A stretch of DNA of 59,205 nucleotides, the filler included. It is 4 parts of 4 records of this genome, joined end to end, with 100 filler letters (N's around TTAATTAATTAA, not from the genome) between each part and the next. Parts side by side here need not be neighbours in the genome. Positions count along the whole stretch, not along the records: positions 44,552 to 59,205 come from DRR723986_8570; 3 more parts are not named here. One strand, 5' to 3'. Position numbers and translations under genes: made by a program. Positions 49,890 through 59,205 of the stretch are shown piece after piece (positions within the stretch are counted from its first letter, which is position 1; each line of letters opens with the position of its first letter). The notes under the pieces were generated by a model, which saw only the letters and a list, made by a program, of their open reading frames with translations, made no database searches and was not told where the DNA came from.

Positions 49890-50735
49890 ATGAAACGAAA
49901 TCGCATAAACAACAATGATGGAGGGATGGTCTTCGGATTTATAATCCTCGCAGTAGGTGTCCTGATTTTACTTAGAAAGCTAGATATTTTCTATCCTGAT
50001 TGGTTACTATCCTGGCCGATGATTTTAATCGCAATAGGGGTGATTACTTTGGTTAAGCATGAGTTCAAAAGTTTCTTTGGAGTATTGATGCTAGGTGTAG
50101 GTATATTCTTTTTACTTGAGCAGGAATTTGATTTTCATTTCGGATTGCAGCGATTTATTTTCCCAATAGCTCTTATCCTGGTCGGTATTTATCTGATTAC
50201 AAAAAAGCGGCAAGAGCAGCAGGTTTTAAATGATATTCAGGAAAAAATCAGGGCTAAATCTACCGCTTCCCCAGCTTCTGGTGAGGAATATAAAATAGGC
50301 GAGGAGTATAATAAAGGAGAAAAATCTTCTTTTTCAAGCCAAGCTTCCGGAGCTAAATCTTACTCAGGAATGTCCGGTGTTTCTGGTACCAGCTACTCAG
50401 ATAGTGTTTCTATAGATTCTATCTTCAGCGGAATAAATAAAAGAATGCTTACCAAGAATTTTCAAGGAGGTAAACTGACTGCTGCCTTTGGGGGGATTGA
50501 CCTAGACCTGACTCAATCAGACTTTTCTGGCATGGTGACCCTTCAGGTAGATGTGATTTTCGGCGGTGTGAAATTAGTAGTTCCTCCGCACTGGGATGTA
50601 CGGGTAGAAGTAACCAACATCGCTGCAGGAGTGGAAGATAAGCGGGTGTACCGTCAGTCGGAAGTGGATTCAGATAAAGTTATGGTGATCAGGGGGACAG
50701 TCTTCTTTGGTGGCTTGGAAATCAAATCATATTAA
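49890..50735 (+). CDS. LiaF-like membrane protein (DUF5668/DUF2154 type)
   Basis: four TM helices (WPMILIAIG); beta domain FGGIDLDL...IFGGVKLVVPPHW. Confidence 0.8.
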   Translation: MKRNRINNNDGGMVFGFIILAVGVLILLRKLDIFYPDWLLSWPMILIAIGVITLVKHEFKSFFGVLMLGVGIFFLLEQEFDFHFGLQRFIFPIALILVGIYLITKKRQEQQVLNDIQEKIRAKSTASPASGEEYKIGEEYNKGEKSSFSSQASGAKSYSGMSGVSGTSYSDSVSIDSIFSGINKRMLTKNFQGGKLTAAFGGIDLDLTQSDFSGMVTLQVDVIFGGVKLVVPPHWDVRVEVTNIAAGVEDKRVYRQSEVDSDKVMVIRGTVFFGGLEIKSY

Positions 50736-50764
50736 CGAAATTCCTTTCTTAAAACCACCAAATT

Positions 50765-51805
50765 TTGTTTTCTAAAGCATTTTCAAACCCTTCTAAAAGT
50801 ATTTGGATCGTACAAGGAGCCGGAGTAATCTGGTTCCTTGTTACATTTGGGTTGCTAGTTTTTTATGGATTTGATCAGTCAACAGCTATAGTCGATTCCT
50901 TGGTTTTTACCTTGCTTTTCTCTCTGGGAGTAAATATGCTGGATCGGGTTTTCGGCTTTTATATTCCCAAAGGAAGCAATAACTGGTTGCTTCTGGGAGT
51001 GCCTTTGATATTCAGTTTCTTGGCTGTTCTTTCCCACCAATATTTACTCAGGTGGATTTATTCTGATCAGGAGACTTACCGGAATTTTCTCAAGTCGCAC
51101 TTTTACCTCAGATGGGCAATTTTGGGATTGGCGGAGACCCTTGTAGGGCTCATTGCAATTGTAGTTTCGAAATTAGAACAGCAAAATGAAACTCAGAAAA
51201 GAGAGGTGATGATGAATGAACTTTCTCGGGAAGCAGAGTTGACCCAGTTGAGACAGCAGCTACAGCCACATTTTCTATTTAACAGTCTGAATTCTATAAG
51301 TGCACTCACTGTCTCTCAACCTCAAAAAGCCAGAGAAATGGTGCTTCAGCTTTCAGATTTTCTTCGCGGAACAATCAGAAAAGATCATCAGCAATGGGTG
51401 AGCTTAGACGAGGAATTGACTTATCTAAAGATGTATTTGGATATAGAGCGGGTGCGATTTGGGCATAGGTTAGAGGTGGTGTTTGATTTGGCTGATGAAG
51501 TAAAGCAAATGCGAGTGCCCCAGTTATTGATTCAGCCGCTATTGGAGAATGCCATAAAACATGGGCTTTATGGAATCACGGAGGACGTGAAAATACTTGT
51601 TCAAGCATATAAGGAGCAAAATTATTTGATGCTGAAAATCGAAAATCCTTTTGATCCTGAGGTGGCTGCTCCCAAAGGAACTGGCTTTGGATTAAGTTCA
51701 GTAGATCGGCGACTATTTTTGCTTTTTGGCAGGAAAGATCTCTTGGAGTCTAAAGCTGAGGACTCGCTTTTTACTGTTATTTTAAAAATACCCCAACAGA
51801 AATGA
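50765..51805 (+). CDS. LytS-family sensor histidine kinase
   Basis: LRQQLQPHFLFNSLNSI, QPLLENAIKHG, GTGFGL. Confidence 0.93.
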   Translation: MFSKAFSNPSKSIWIVQGAGVIWFLVTFGLLVFYGFDQSTAIVDSLVFTLLFSLGVNMLDRVFGFYIPKGSNNWLLLGVPLIFSFLAVLSHQYLLRWIYSDQETYRNFLKSHFYLRWAILGLAETLVGLIAIVVSKLEQQNETQKREVMMNELSREAELTQLRQQLQPHFLFNSLNSISALTVSQPQKAREMVLQLSDFLRGTIRKDHQQWVSLDEELTYLKMYLDIERVRFGHRLEVVFDLADEVKQMRVPQLLIQPLLENAIKHGLYGITEDVKILVQAYKEQNYLMLKIENPFDPEVAAPKGTGFGLSSVDRRLFLLFGRKDLLESKAEDSLFTVILKIPQQK

Positions 51806-52527
51806 TCAAAACTTTAATCATAGATGATGAGCCTTTGGCTGCTAGTATTGTGCAGGAGTTTTTAGCAAATTTCCCTCAGTTTGAACTCGTAGGAGTTTAC
51901 CAAAATGGATTTCAGGGACTTAAAGCTATTCAAGAACATAACCCCGATTTGATTTTTTTGGACGTACAGATGCCTAAAATCACCGGTTTTGAAATGCTCG
52001 AACTCCTAGATGAGCCTCCGGCGGTTATTTTCACTACGGCTTTCGATCAGTATGCTCTGAAAGCCTTTGATGCGATGGCGATTGATTACTTGCTGAAACC
52101 TTTTTCTCAGGAGCGATTTAATCAGGCTATAGATAAGTTTCTTGCCCAGCAAGCGGGGGCAGACGAAAGCACTCAAAAACTGAATGAGTTGGCTGAAAAA
52201 AGAAATCGGCTGGTGGTCAGAGTTAAGAATGAGATCAAAATTATTCCTACACACGAAGCGATTTTTTTTGAGGCCGAGGACGATTACATCGCTATTCATA
52301 CAGCTTCGGGTAAATACCTAAAGAAGATGACCATGAAATCTCTCGAGGAAGCTTTGGATCCCAGTAAGTTTGTGCGTGTGCATAGGTCATACCTGATCAA
52401 TTTGAATGAGATCACCAAAATAGAGCCCTATGAGCGCGATAATTACCTGGTGTTATTAAGAGGAGGTGAGAAGGTGCCAGTGAGTAAGACAGGGTATTCT
52501 AGGCTGAGACAGGTTTTGGGCTTATAG
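51802..52527 (+). CDS. LytR/AlgR family response regulator
   Basis: IDDEPLA, FLDVQMP, DYLLKP, FVRVHRSYLIN. Confidence 0.95.
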   Translation: MIKTLIIDDEPLAASIVQEFLANFPQFELVGVYQNGFQGLKAIQEHNPDLIFLDVQMPKITGFEMLELLDEPPAVIFTTAFDQYALKAFDAMAIDYLLKPFSQERFNQAIDKFLAQQAGADESTQKLNELAEKRNRLVVRVKNEIKIIPTHEAIFFEAEDDYIAIHTASGKYLKKMTMKSLEEALDPSKFVRVHRSYLINLNEITKIEPYERDNYLVLLRGGEKVPVSKTGYSRLRQVLGL

Positions 52528-52707
52528 TTTTCAGTGAACGGTTGCGGTTTTTAGTTGTCAGGGATCAGTCGCAGTTTTCAGTTGCGAGTGTTCAAGCCTG
52601 AATACTTTTACTAATTGAGTCTTCAGACTGCAAGGTCATGCGAACTACTTAGTGACTCTGCGAGATCTCTGCTCCTCTGTGGTTAAAATAGTCCAGGTTA
52701 CAAAAAA

Positions 52708-52737
52708 GAAAAAGCCCCGATCACTCAGGGCTTTTTT
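52708..52737. terminator. bidirectional terminator
   Basis: GAAAAAGCCC-N10-GGGCTTTTTT. Confidence 0.75.
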
Positions 52738-52740
52738 CAT

Positions 52741-52962
52741 TTAATATTCGTCTTCGTTGAAGAAGAAATCGTCTTTGGTCGGATAATCAGGCCAAATTTC
52801 TTCGATGGTCTCATAAGGTTCTCCATCATCTTCTAATTCTTGAAGGTTTTCTACTACTTCCATTGGTGCGCCGGATCGGATGGCATAATCAATTAATTCA
52901 TCCTTGGTGGCTGGCCAGGGTGCGTCCTCTAAATAGGATGCTAATTCGAGTGTCCAGTACAT
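52741..52962 (-). CDS. DUF2795 family protein
   Basis: MYWTLELASYLEDAPWPATKDELIDYAIRSGAP, a conserved small Bacteroidota protein. Confidence 0.9.
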   Translation of the reverse strand: MYWTLELASYLEDAPWPATKDELIDYAIRSGAPMEVVENLQELEDDGEPYETIEEIWPDYPTKDDFFFNEDEY

Positions 52963-53038
52963 AGTGTTTGTTTTAAAGGAGTTCCGGAGTTAAAGGGTGC
53001 AAAATTATTCTTTTTTTGAAATATTCAGCGTTGTTTTA

Positions 53039-54286
53039 TTATTTAAAAGAAAGTTGCTTCAAAATATAATTTTTTACATCAACCTTTCTCTTCACGGCAA
53101 ATAGTTTTTTCTTCATCATTATATCAAAATCAGCTGACTGAACGCGGAAATTCTCCGTATTGTTTTGTGCCGCTTCCAGCTCAGTTTGATCTCTTTTCAA
53201 TAAATCTTTTAGTAAAGCAGTTTTTATCTGAATTTGTTCCGCTTCTGGTTTTTCGTCAAAGTCAGGGTACTTACCATGAACAAGTTTCTCTAAGAAAGCT
53301 TTCTCAAATACGATGTCGGAGAAGAATTGGAATGACCTCACGATCAAATTAGCCTCTCTTGGTTTGCGTGAGGGTAATTTTCTCCATTCTTCCTGAATCG
53401 CTTTGGCTCTCCCAATGATTTCGTATGACGTTGGTTTACCTGCTAATGTTTTGATTTCTTCCGTTAAAGTCTCCACCTTCCGCATTAGTTCCCTTGGGTT
53501 CATTTGCGGTCCAGTTTGTAGGGTCCTTTTGTATCTGGAGAAAATTCGGTTGTTCAATCTGGAAAACTCATCCCATAGCGGTTGTCTCTTCTCAGCGGGT
53601 ACTTTACCGGCTTCTTTCCATTGACGTTGGATTTTCTTTGAAATATCAAAAGCAGTCTTAGCATCAGGAAAATCATGTGCTTCCCTAGCCTGAACAACTA
53701 ACGCTTCATATACTTTGATATTTTCTTCGGCCTGAAGTGCGAGTCCTTCGAAGAAGTGTCTTCTGTTTTCGAAGAAATGCTGCACGATGTCGTTGAAAGT
53801 GCCTTCTATTTCTTCCTGATGTTCCTTATCAACAGGGCCGGTTTTGATCCAGCGGAGTTTTAATTCCTTGTAAAACTCGGTAGTTTCTTTCCAGTCAGTA
53901 TCGTCTTTTTTCTCTTCGGCTTCTTGAATCAATGCTTTTTTGACCTCAAGATTTTTGGTGCGATTTACCTGAATTATTTCGTTCAGGAATTCTTCTTGTT
54001 CGCTAAGATCTTTAATTAGGGGTTCGAAATCTCCCAATGCATCAGACTGCATAAGAGATTCTCTGAGGTGAATAAGTTTCATCAGGAAAGACCCCTTGTT
54101 CTGGTTTTCCTGAATATCATTCTTGAGTTTCTCTACTTTTTGTTTGAGTTGTTCAAATCTATCCTCAAAATATTTAAGTGTAGAGGCCTCATCTTCTTTT
54201 ACTTCTCCGATTACCCTATCGTCCTGCCCCAAAAATCCCCTCAAATAAACTTTGTCGTTTTTGATATATCCATACGGATGCTCCAT
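53039..54286 (-). CDS. DUF349 domain protein
   Basis: repeated L...W...GPV / QWK.AG.VP....LW..F helical units; start at MEHP. Confidence 0.8.
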   Translation of the reverse strand: MEHPYGYIKNDKVYLRGFLGQDDRVIGEVKEDEASTLKYFEDRFEQLKQKVEKLKNDIQENQNKGSFLMKLIHLRESLMQSDALGDFEPLIKDLSEQEEFLNEIIQVNRTKNLEVKKALIQEAEEKKDDTDWKETTEFYKELKLRWIKTGPVDKEHQEEIEGTFNDIVQHFFENRRHFFEGLALQAEENIKVYEALVVQAREAHDFPDAKTAFDISKKIQRQWKEAGKVPAEKRQPLWDEFSRLNNRIFSRYKRTLQTGPQMNPRELMRKVETLTEEIKTLAGKPTSYEIIGRAKAIQEEWRKLPSRKPREANLIVRSFQFFSDIVFEKAFLEKLVHGKYPDFDEKPEAEQIQIKTALLKDLLKRDQTELEAAQNNTENFRVQSADFDIMMKKKLFAVKRKVDVKNYILKQLSFK

Positions 54287-54418
54287 TGCTCTACAGTAGG
54301 TTAGGTGGCGGTTTTCGAATTTCCGCAAATTAATTAATTCAAAAGCACTTATCCTAAGAAAGCGGTTTTTTTGCCATCTTTGATTCTTAAGCGCAATTTC
54401 TAAGTAAAAATATAACGC

Positions 54419-56098
54419 ATGAGTTCAGAAAAAATCATCTTTTCCATGGCAGGAGTTTCAAAAATTTATCCGCCACAGAAAAAAGTCCTTAAAGATATCT
54501 ACCTCTCATTTTTTTATGGAGCCAAAATCGGTGTTCTCGGTTTGAACGGTTCGGGTAAATCTTCTCTTCTTAAAATCATCGCTGGAATGGACAAGGAATT
54601 CCAAGGTGAGGTTGTTTGGTCTCCTGGATACACCGTGGGGATGCTGGAGCAGGAACCAAAGCTTGATCCTACCAAAACAGTAAAAGAAGTCGTAGAAGAA
54701 GCGGTTTCTGAGACGGTCGCTTTGTTAAAAGAATTTGAAGCTATCAATGAGAAATTCATGGATCCAGCATTGATGGAAGATCCTGACGCCATGGATAAGC
54801 TAATTGAGAAGCAAGGCGAGGTGCAGGAGAAGCTTGACGCAGCTAACGCGTGGGAACTTGACGTGATGCTGGATAAAGCTATGGATGCGCTTAGACTTCC
54901 TCCTAGTGATGCTAACGTCGCTAATCTTTCAGGTGGTGAAAAGAGACGCGTGGCACTTTGCCGACTTTTATTACAGGAGCCGGATGTATTGTTGCTCGAT
55001 GAACCTACCAACCACCTGGACGCTGAGTCAGTACATTGGCTGGAGCAACATCTCCAGAATTATAAGGGAACGGTCATCGCAGTAACCCACGATAGATACT
55101 TCTTGGATAACGTTGCCGGTTGGATTCTTGAGCTGGATCGTGGCGAGGGTATTCCATGGAAAGGAAATTATTCTTCTTGGCTTGATCAAAAGCAAAACCG
55201 ATTGAAGCAAGAGGAAAAGACTGAATCCAAGCGTCAGAAAACATTGGAAAGAGAGTTAGAGTGGATCAGAATGACCCCGAAAGCGCGTCAGGCGAAAGGT
55301 AAAGCTCGTTTGAGTGCGTACGATAGATTGGTGGGAGAGGAGTCCAAAGAAAGAGAAGCGAAGTTGGAATTGTTTATTCCTCCAGGACCTCGTCTGGGAG
55401 CGAAAGTGATCGAAGTGAATGGGGTTTCTAAAGCTTTTGGAGACAAGTTGCTTTTCGAAAACCTGACTTTTGCCTTGCCACAGGGTGGTATAGTCGGCGT
55501 GATCGGGCCAAATGGTGCGGGTAAATCCACACTTTTCAAATTGATTACTGGTCAGGAAAAACCGGATGCAGGAAATTTCGAAGTAGGAGAGACTGTGCAG
55601 TTGGCTTATGTGGATCAGGGACATGATTCCTTGGACCCAAACAAGACAGTGTACCAGACAATTTCCGAGGGAAATGAGCTGATGATGCTGGGCAATAAAG
55701 AAGTGAATGCTAGAGCTTATGTCTCTAAGTTTAACTTCGGTGGAGGAGATCAGGAGAAAAAAGTCGGTGTGCTTTCCGGAGGTGAGCGAAACCGGGTTCA
55801 CTTGGCGCTGACGCTGAAAGAAGGTGGAAACCTATTGCTTCTCGATGAGCCTACCAACGACTTGGATGTGAATACACTTCGAGCGCTGGAAGAAGCTTTG
55901 GAAAACTTCGGCGGATGTGCAGTAGTCATTTCCCACGATAGATGGTTCTTGGATAGAATCTGTACGCATATTTTGGCTTTCGAAGGAGATTCTCAAGTGG
56001 TGTGGTTTGAAGGAAACTTCTCCGACTATGAAGAGAATAAGAAGAAAAGATTGGGTGATGTGGAGCCTAAGAGGATTCGATATAAGAATTTGAAGTAA
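54419..56098 (+). CDS. ettA: energy-dependent translational throttle protein (ABC-F)
   Basis: [20 protein letters not shown], two ABC cassettes, ELEWIR linker. Confidence 0.95.
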   Translation: MSSEKIIFSMAGVSKIYPPQKKVLKDIYLSFFYGAKIGVLGLNGSGKSSLLKIIAGMDKEFQGEVVWSPGYTVGMLEQEPKLDPTKTVKEVVEEAVSETVALLKEFEAINEKFMDPALMEDPDAMDKLIEKQGEVQEKLDAANAWELDVMLDKAMDALRLPPSDANVANLSGGEKRRVALCRLLLQEPDVLLLDEPTNHLDAESVHWLEQHLQNYKGTVIAVTHDRYFLDNVAGWILELDRGEGIPWKGNYSSWLDQKQNRLKQEEKTESKRQKTLERELEWIRMTPKARQAKGKARLSAYDRLVGEESKEREAKLELFIPPGPRLGAKVIEVNGVSKAFGDKLLFENLTFALPQGGIVGVIGPNGAGKSTLFKLITGQEKPDAGNFEVGETVQLAYVDQGHDSLDPNKTVYQTISEGNELMMLGNKEVNARAYVSKFNFGGGDQEKKVGVLSGGERNRVHLALTLKEGGNLLLLDEPTNDLDVNTLRALEEALENFGGCAVVISHDRWFLDRICTHILAFEGDSQVVWFEGNFSDYEENKKKRLGDVEPKRIRYKNLK

Positions 56099-56157
56099 AG
56101 TCTGAAAGCTGAATTAAAAAGCTGAAAAGCTATTTCCTAGGTTAATAACCTTTGGGG

Positions 56158-56185
56158 TGTCACCCTGAGCGAAGTCGAAGGGTCT
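56158..56185. repeat. single REP-like element typical of Bacteroidota
   Basis: TGTCACCCTGAGCGAAGTCGAAGGGTCT resembles the GTCACCCTGAGC..AGTCGAAGGG interspersed repeat as recalled; only one copy in the window. Confidence 0.5.
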
Positions 56186-56323
56186 CCTCGAAGGTTTATA
56201 TTCTGGAAGTTTTTCTATTAAATCTTAGAACCTCTTTCAATCTTGATAATCAGGCTTGGAGGAGGTTTTTATTTTTATAGGTTTAGTTGAATGAGCTGGT
56301 TTTTATCTATCCTTTTAGCTCTT

Positions 56324-57538
56324 TTATTTCCTCCTCAACTTAATCACCGTGATCTCTGGCCAGATTCCCACTCGTCCCGGAAAGGCCAAGAATCCAAATC
56401 CACGATTGACATGGAGGTAGCGACCCAGTTCCTCGTACAGTCCAGCCCATTTCGGGTAGCGAAGAGAAGCCGGACTCCATTTGATAAAGCCAGGGATCTC
56501 GATTCCAAATTGCATTCCGTGGGTGTGTCCACTCAAGGTGAGGTGGATAAATTGGGAGAAATTTTTCACCTGCTCATCAAAATGGGAGGGGTCGTGGCTC
56601 ATCAGAATTTTAAAGCTTTGATCACTGAGATTTGATGTAGCTTTCCTTAGGTCTCCATATTGCCCAAATCCCTTTCCCCAATTCTCTATCCCAATCAGGG
56701 ATATGCTTGCGCTTCCTCGTTCAAGCTTGATATTTTCATTTCTCAAGAGGGTAAAACCCAATTCTTTTTGGATTTCATATAGGCGCTGCATATTAGCCTC
56801 TTTGGCCTCCTTGCTTGGCCAGGAAACGTAGTCCCCATAGTCATGATTTCCCAAGATGGAGTAAATACCCATAGGAGCCCTCAGCTTTTTGAAAGTCTCA
56901 ATCCAAGGTTCCATTTCTGTTGCTTGGTTGTTCACCAGATCTCCAGTAAATAAGATGACATCCGACCCTTGCTCATTTATTAGCTCAACGCCATATTCCA
57001 GCTTCTTTTTATTGTCAAAACTTCCAGAGTGTATATCTGAAATCTGCGTAATCGTAAAGCCATCAAACTCCTCAGGTAGGTCGTCAAATTCCAGGGTATG
57101 GTTTACTACACGGTATCTGTATTTGCCTATTAATACGCCATGCAATATTCCTAAAAAAGGAATGGCAGAAAGTACCAATGCTGTCTGACTGATGAATTTT
57201 CTGCGATCAGCTAGAAAATCACCTTCACGGTTTCCGGTAAGGGATTGATAGATTCCGCTTAAAAAGCGGACGAGATCTTCTCCAAATAGAAATGCCAGAA
57301 TGATCAACTTTGGAATCAGCGACAGCACAAGCAAGGAAATTACTCTACCAAAGTTGGGAGTGGGGCTACTACGGCTGAAGGTCAGAAAACCGTAGGCGAC
57401 AAAAACGTAAACTGAAATAGAGAAGATCCAAAAGCCGATCTTAATCCAGTTTTGCGCCGGAAATAGGGTTGCGAAAGCTTGATAGGAATACCAGTCGATG
57501 AGGAAAACAAAGACTAGGAGGATTATAATACGAAGCAA
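56324..57538 (-). CDS. membrane-anchored metallophosphoesterase
   Basis: DIH, GDLVN, GNHDY, SHDP, GHTHG motifs. Confidence 0.92.
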   Translation of the reverse strand: MLRIIILLVFVFLIDWYSYQAFATLFPAQNWIKIGFWIFSISVYVFVAYGFLTFSRSSPTPNFGRVISLLVLSLIPKLIILAFLFGEDLVRFLSGIYQSLTGNREGDFLADRRKFISQTALVLSAIPFLGILHGVLIGKYRYRVVNHTLEFDDLPEEFDGFTITQISDIHSGSFDNKKKLEYGVELINEQGSDVILFTGDLVNNQATEMEPWIETFKKLRAPMGIYSILGNHDYGDYVSWPSKEAKEANMQRLYEIQKELGFTLLRNENIKLERGSASISLIGIENWGKGFGQYGDLRKATSNLSDQSFKILMSHDPSHFDEQVKNFSQFIHLTLSGHTHGMQFGIEIPGFIKWSPASLRYPKWAGLYEELGRYLHVNRGFGFLAFPGRVGIWPEITVIKLRRK

Positions 57539-57695
57539 TGGAAAGAAGAATTATAAGATGATTTGCCAGATAATTTAAAACCTAAGGGGAACTAGGATAA
57601 CCCCTGTACGCAAAAGAAAAGGTTATTGGTTGACTTAGATGCAATTATTTATACTTCAAAGATGAAAGGCCCAGTCTCCATTTTTGATTCTGGGT

Positions 57696-59117
57696 CTATT
57701 TTGTTTTCGGCTGAGTCACCTGATAGTTATGATCATACAATCCCAACTGTCGCTTTTTCCAAACAGCTCCTTCCAAGAATACAGGATGCGGAAGATTTAC
57801 ATCCCAAATCCCAAGTTTTTTTAATAAGTAAGCAGTCTTGTCGAGATTCTTCAATGCCAAATCGTTTTGTTCGGATGGGTCATCAGACAGATTGTAAAGC
57901 ATTGGCATCCTGTCTGGAATACTTACCAATTTCCAGTCGCCTTCCCGAATAGCTCGGCTGATTGTGAATTTCCAAGTCATCTCCCGATTGGCAAGTGGAG
58001 CAGTTTTTCCTGTTAGGTGAGGCATTAGATCAACTCCGGAAAACATATTCCTATCGGTTTCTTTGTCTCCAGCTAAAGCAAGAAATGTAGGGACAATATC
58101 CAGTGAAGTGACTTGCTCATGGTAAACCATGTTTTTTGGCAGCAAGCCAGGTAAATTCATCACAAAAGGAACGTGGATTCCGCCTTCCAATAAAATTCCT
58201 TTTTGTCCTCGATAAGGCGCATTGATCGAAGCATTACTATCCGTTGGTCCGCCATTATCGCTGAAGAATACCACCAAGGTGTTTTCCTTCAGGCCTTGAT
58301 CTTCGAGTGATTTCATGATTTTCCCTACATTCAAATCCAATCTATGCACCATTGCAGCATAAGTGCGGCGCTTTTTATCTTCAATGTGTTGATACAATGC
58401 CAAGTCTTCTTCCAATGCCTGCATGGGTGTATGTGGAGCATTGAATGCGGCAAAAAGGAAAAATGGCTCATCCTTATGTCGAGCGATGAAATCCACACTT
58501 TCGTTGCCCACATCATCTGTTATATAGGTGATTGGGCCTGGAGTTTTGAAATTGCTTTCCAAAGGTTCTTTGTATCCCTTTCCATCAGGCAGTGATTCAA
58601 AATAATCGTGTCCACCGCCAGTATATCCCCAGAATTCATCGAAACCTCTCTTCAAAGGATGGAACTTCGCCTCTTTTCCCAAGTGCCATTTTCCAATTAA
58701 GCCATTCACATAGCCAAGTTTGTTCAGGTGATCAGCTAAGGTTTGTTGGGTGAGCGGAAGCCCGTTGTATTCAGGGTCAAATCCAGGTTCAACTCCCCCT
58801 AGATTATTGTCGTGCCCAAACTCAACTTGATTGATTCCTGTGATAAATCCAGCTCTGGAAGGGCTGCAAACTGCCGAAGAAACGTAGCCTTGAGTAAAGG
58901 TGACTCCATCGGCTGCAAGTTGATCGATATGAGGTGTTTTGATCTGAGTGCTACCTGTGAAACCTAAATCTCCATAGCCTAAATCATCAGCTACAATCAA
59001 AACCAAATTGTAATGTGTTGGCTTGGCGAGGTTGGAAAGTGAGTCAATTGAAGCCTGACAAAAAAAAGGTATGAGTGTAAGAAATAGGATAAGGAAATGC
59101 GAAAGGAGCTTTTTCAT
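57696..59117 (-). CDS. formylglycine-dependent sulfatase (S1 family)
   Basis: ADDLGYGD, CSPSRA, GKWHLG, SDNG, GG..VP. Confidence 0.95.
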   Translation of the reverse strand: MKKLLSHFLILFLTLIPFFCQASIDSLSNLAKPTHYNLVLIVADDLGYGDLGFTGSTQIKTPHIDQLAADGVTFTQGYVSSAVCSPSRAGFITGINQVEFGHDNNLGGVEPGFDPEYNGLPLTQQTLADHLNKLGYVNGLIGKWHLGKEAKFHPLKRGFDEFWGYTGGGHDYFESLPDGKGYKEPLESNFKTPGPITYITDDVGNESVDFIARHKDEPFFLFAAFNAPHTPMQALEEDLALYQHIEDKKRRTYAAMVHRLDLNVGKIMKSLEDQGLKENTLVVFFSDNGGPTDSNASINAPYRGQKGILLEGGIHVPFVMNLPGLLPKNMVYHEQVTSLDIVPTFLALAGDKETDRNMFSGVDLMPHLTGKTAPLANREMTWKFTISRAIREGDWKLVSIPDRMPMLYNLSDDPSEQNDLALKNLDKTAYLLKKLGIWDVNLPHPVFLEGAVWKKRQLGLYDHNYQVTQPKTK

Positions 59118-59205
59118 TTGGCAGTTTTTCTTGAAATATAGTGAGGTAAGAAAACCAGAATTTTCTTTAAAATGAGGTTCTACCCTGAATTTAATGGAAA
59201 GGTAA

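Overview
The window is a concatenation of four unrelated contigs joined by 100-nt N linkers containing TTAATTAATTAA. (1) 1-9544 is GC-rich alphaproteobacterial DNA (Roseibium/Labrenzia-like by inference): gpsA, two tandem NUDIX paralogs, tsaD, hemC-hemD-mitofilin(COG4223)-hemY and a truncated tRNA-Thr. (2) 9645-17273 is planctomycete-like: the 3' part of an aroDE fusion and the tRNA-Thr-tuf-tRNA-Trp-secE-nusG-rplKAJL cluster, with no rpoB behind it. (3) 17374-44451 is part of a Bacteroidota conjugative element (traM-K-J-G-F-E, rteC). It carries a cargo cassette of LytTR/LytS regulators, an orphan LanB-like dehydratase, a MauE/DoxX protein, a small secreted two-Cys protein, a TlpA(CxxS)-SusC-SusD operon, an XRE HTH, a HATPase/STAS pair and the end of hsdR, with several structured non-coding segments. 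(4) 44552-59205 is a Cyclobacteriaceae-like core region (recA, queA, ispD, a liaF-like/LytS/LytTR operon, ettA, a sulfatase). The most notable signals are the ICE-borne peptide/redox/SusCD cassette with its RNA leaders, and a 63-nt hairpin/leader-peptide element (MKSS-x7-GM-x-I-xx-ARFH) found twice, upstream of queA and of the liaF-like operon. All family calls are from motif recognition, not database searches.
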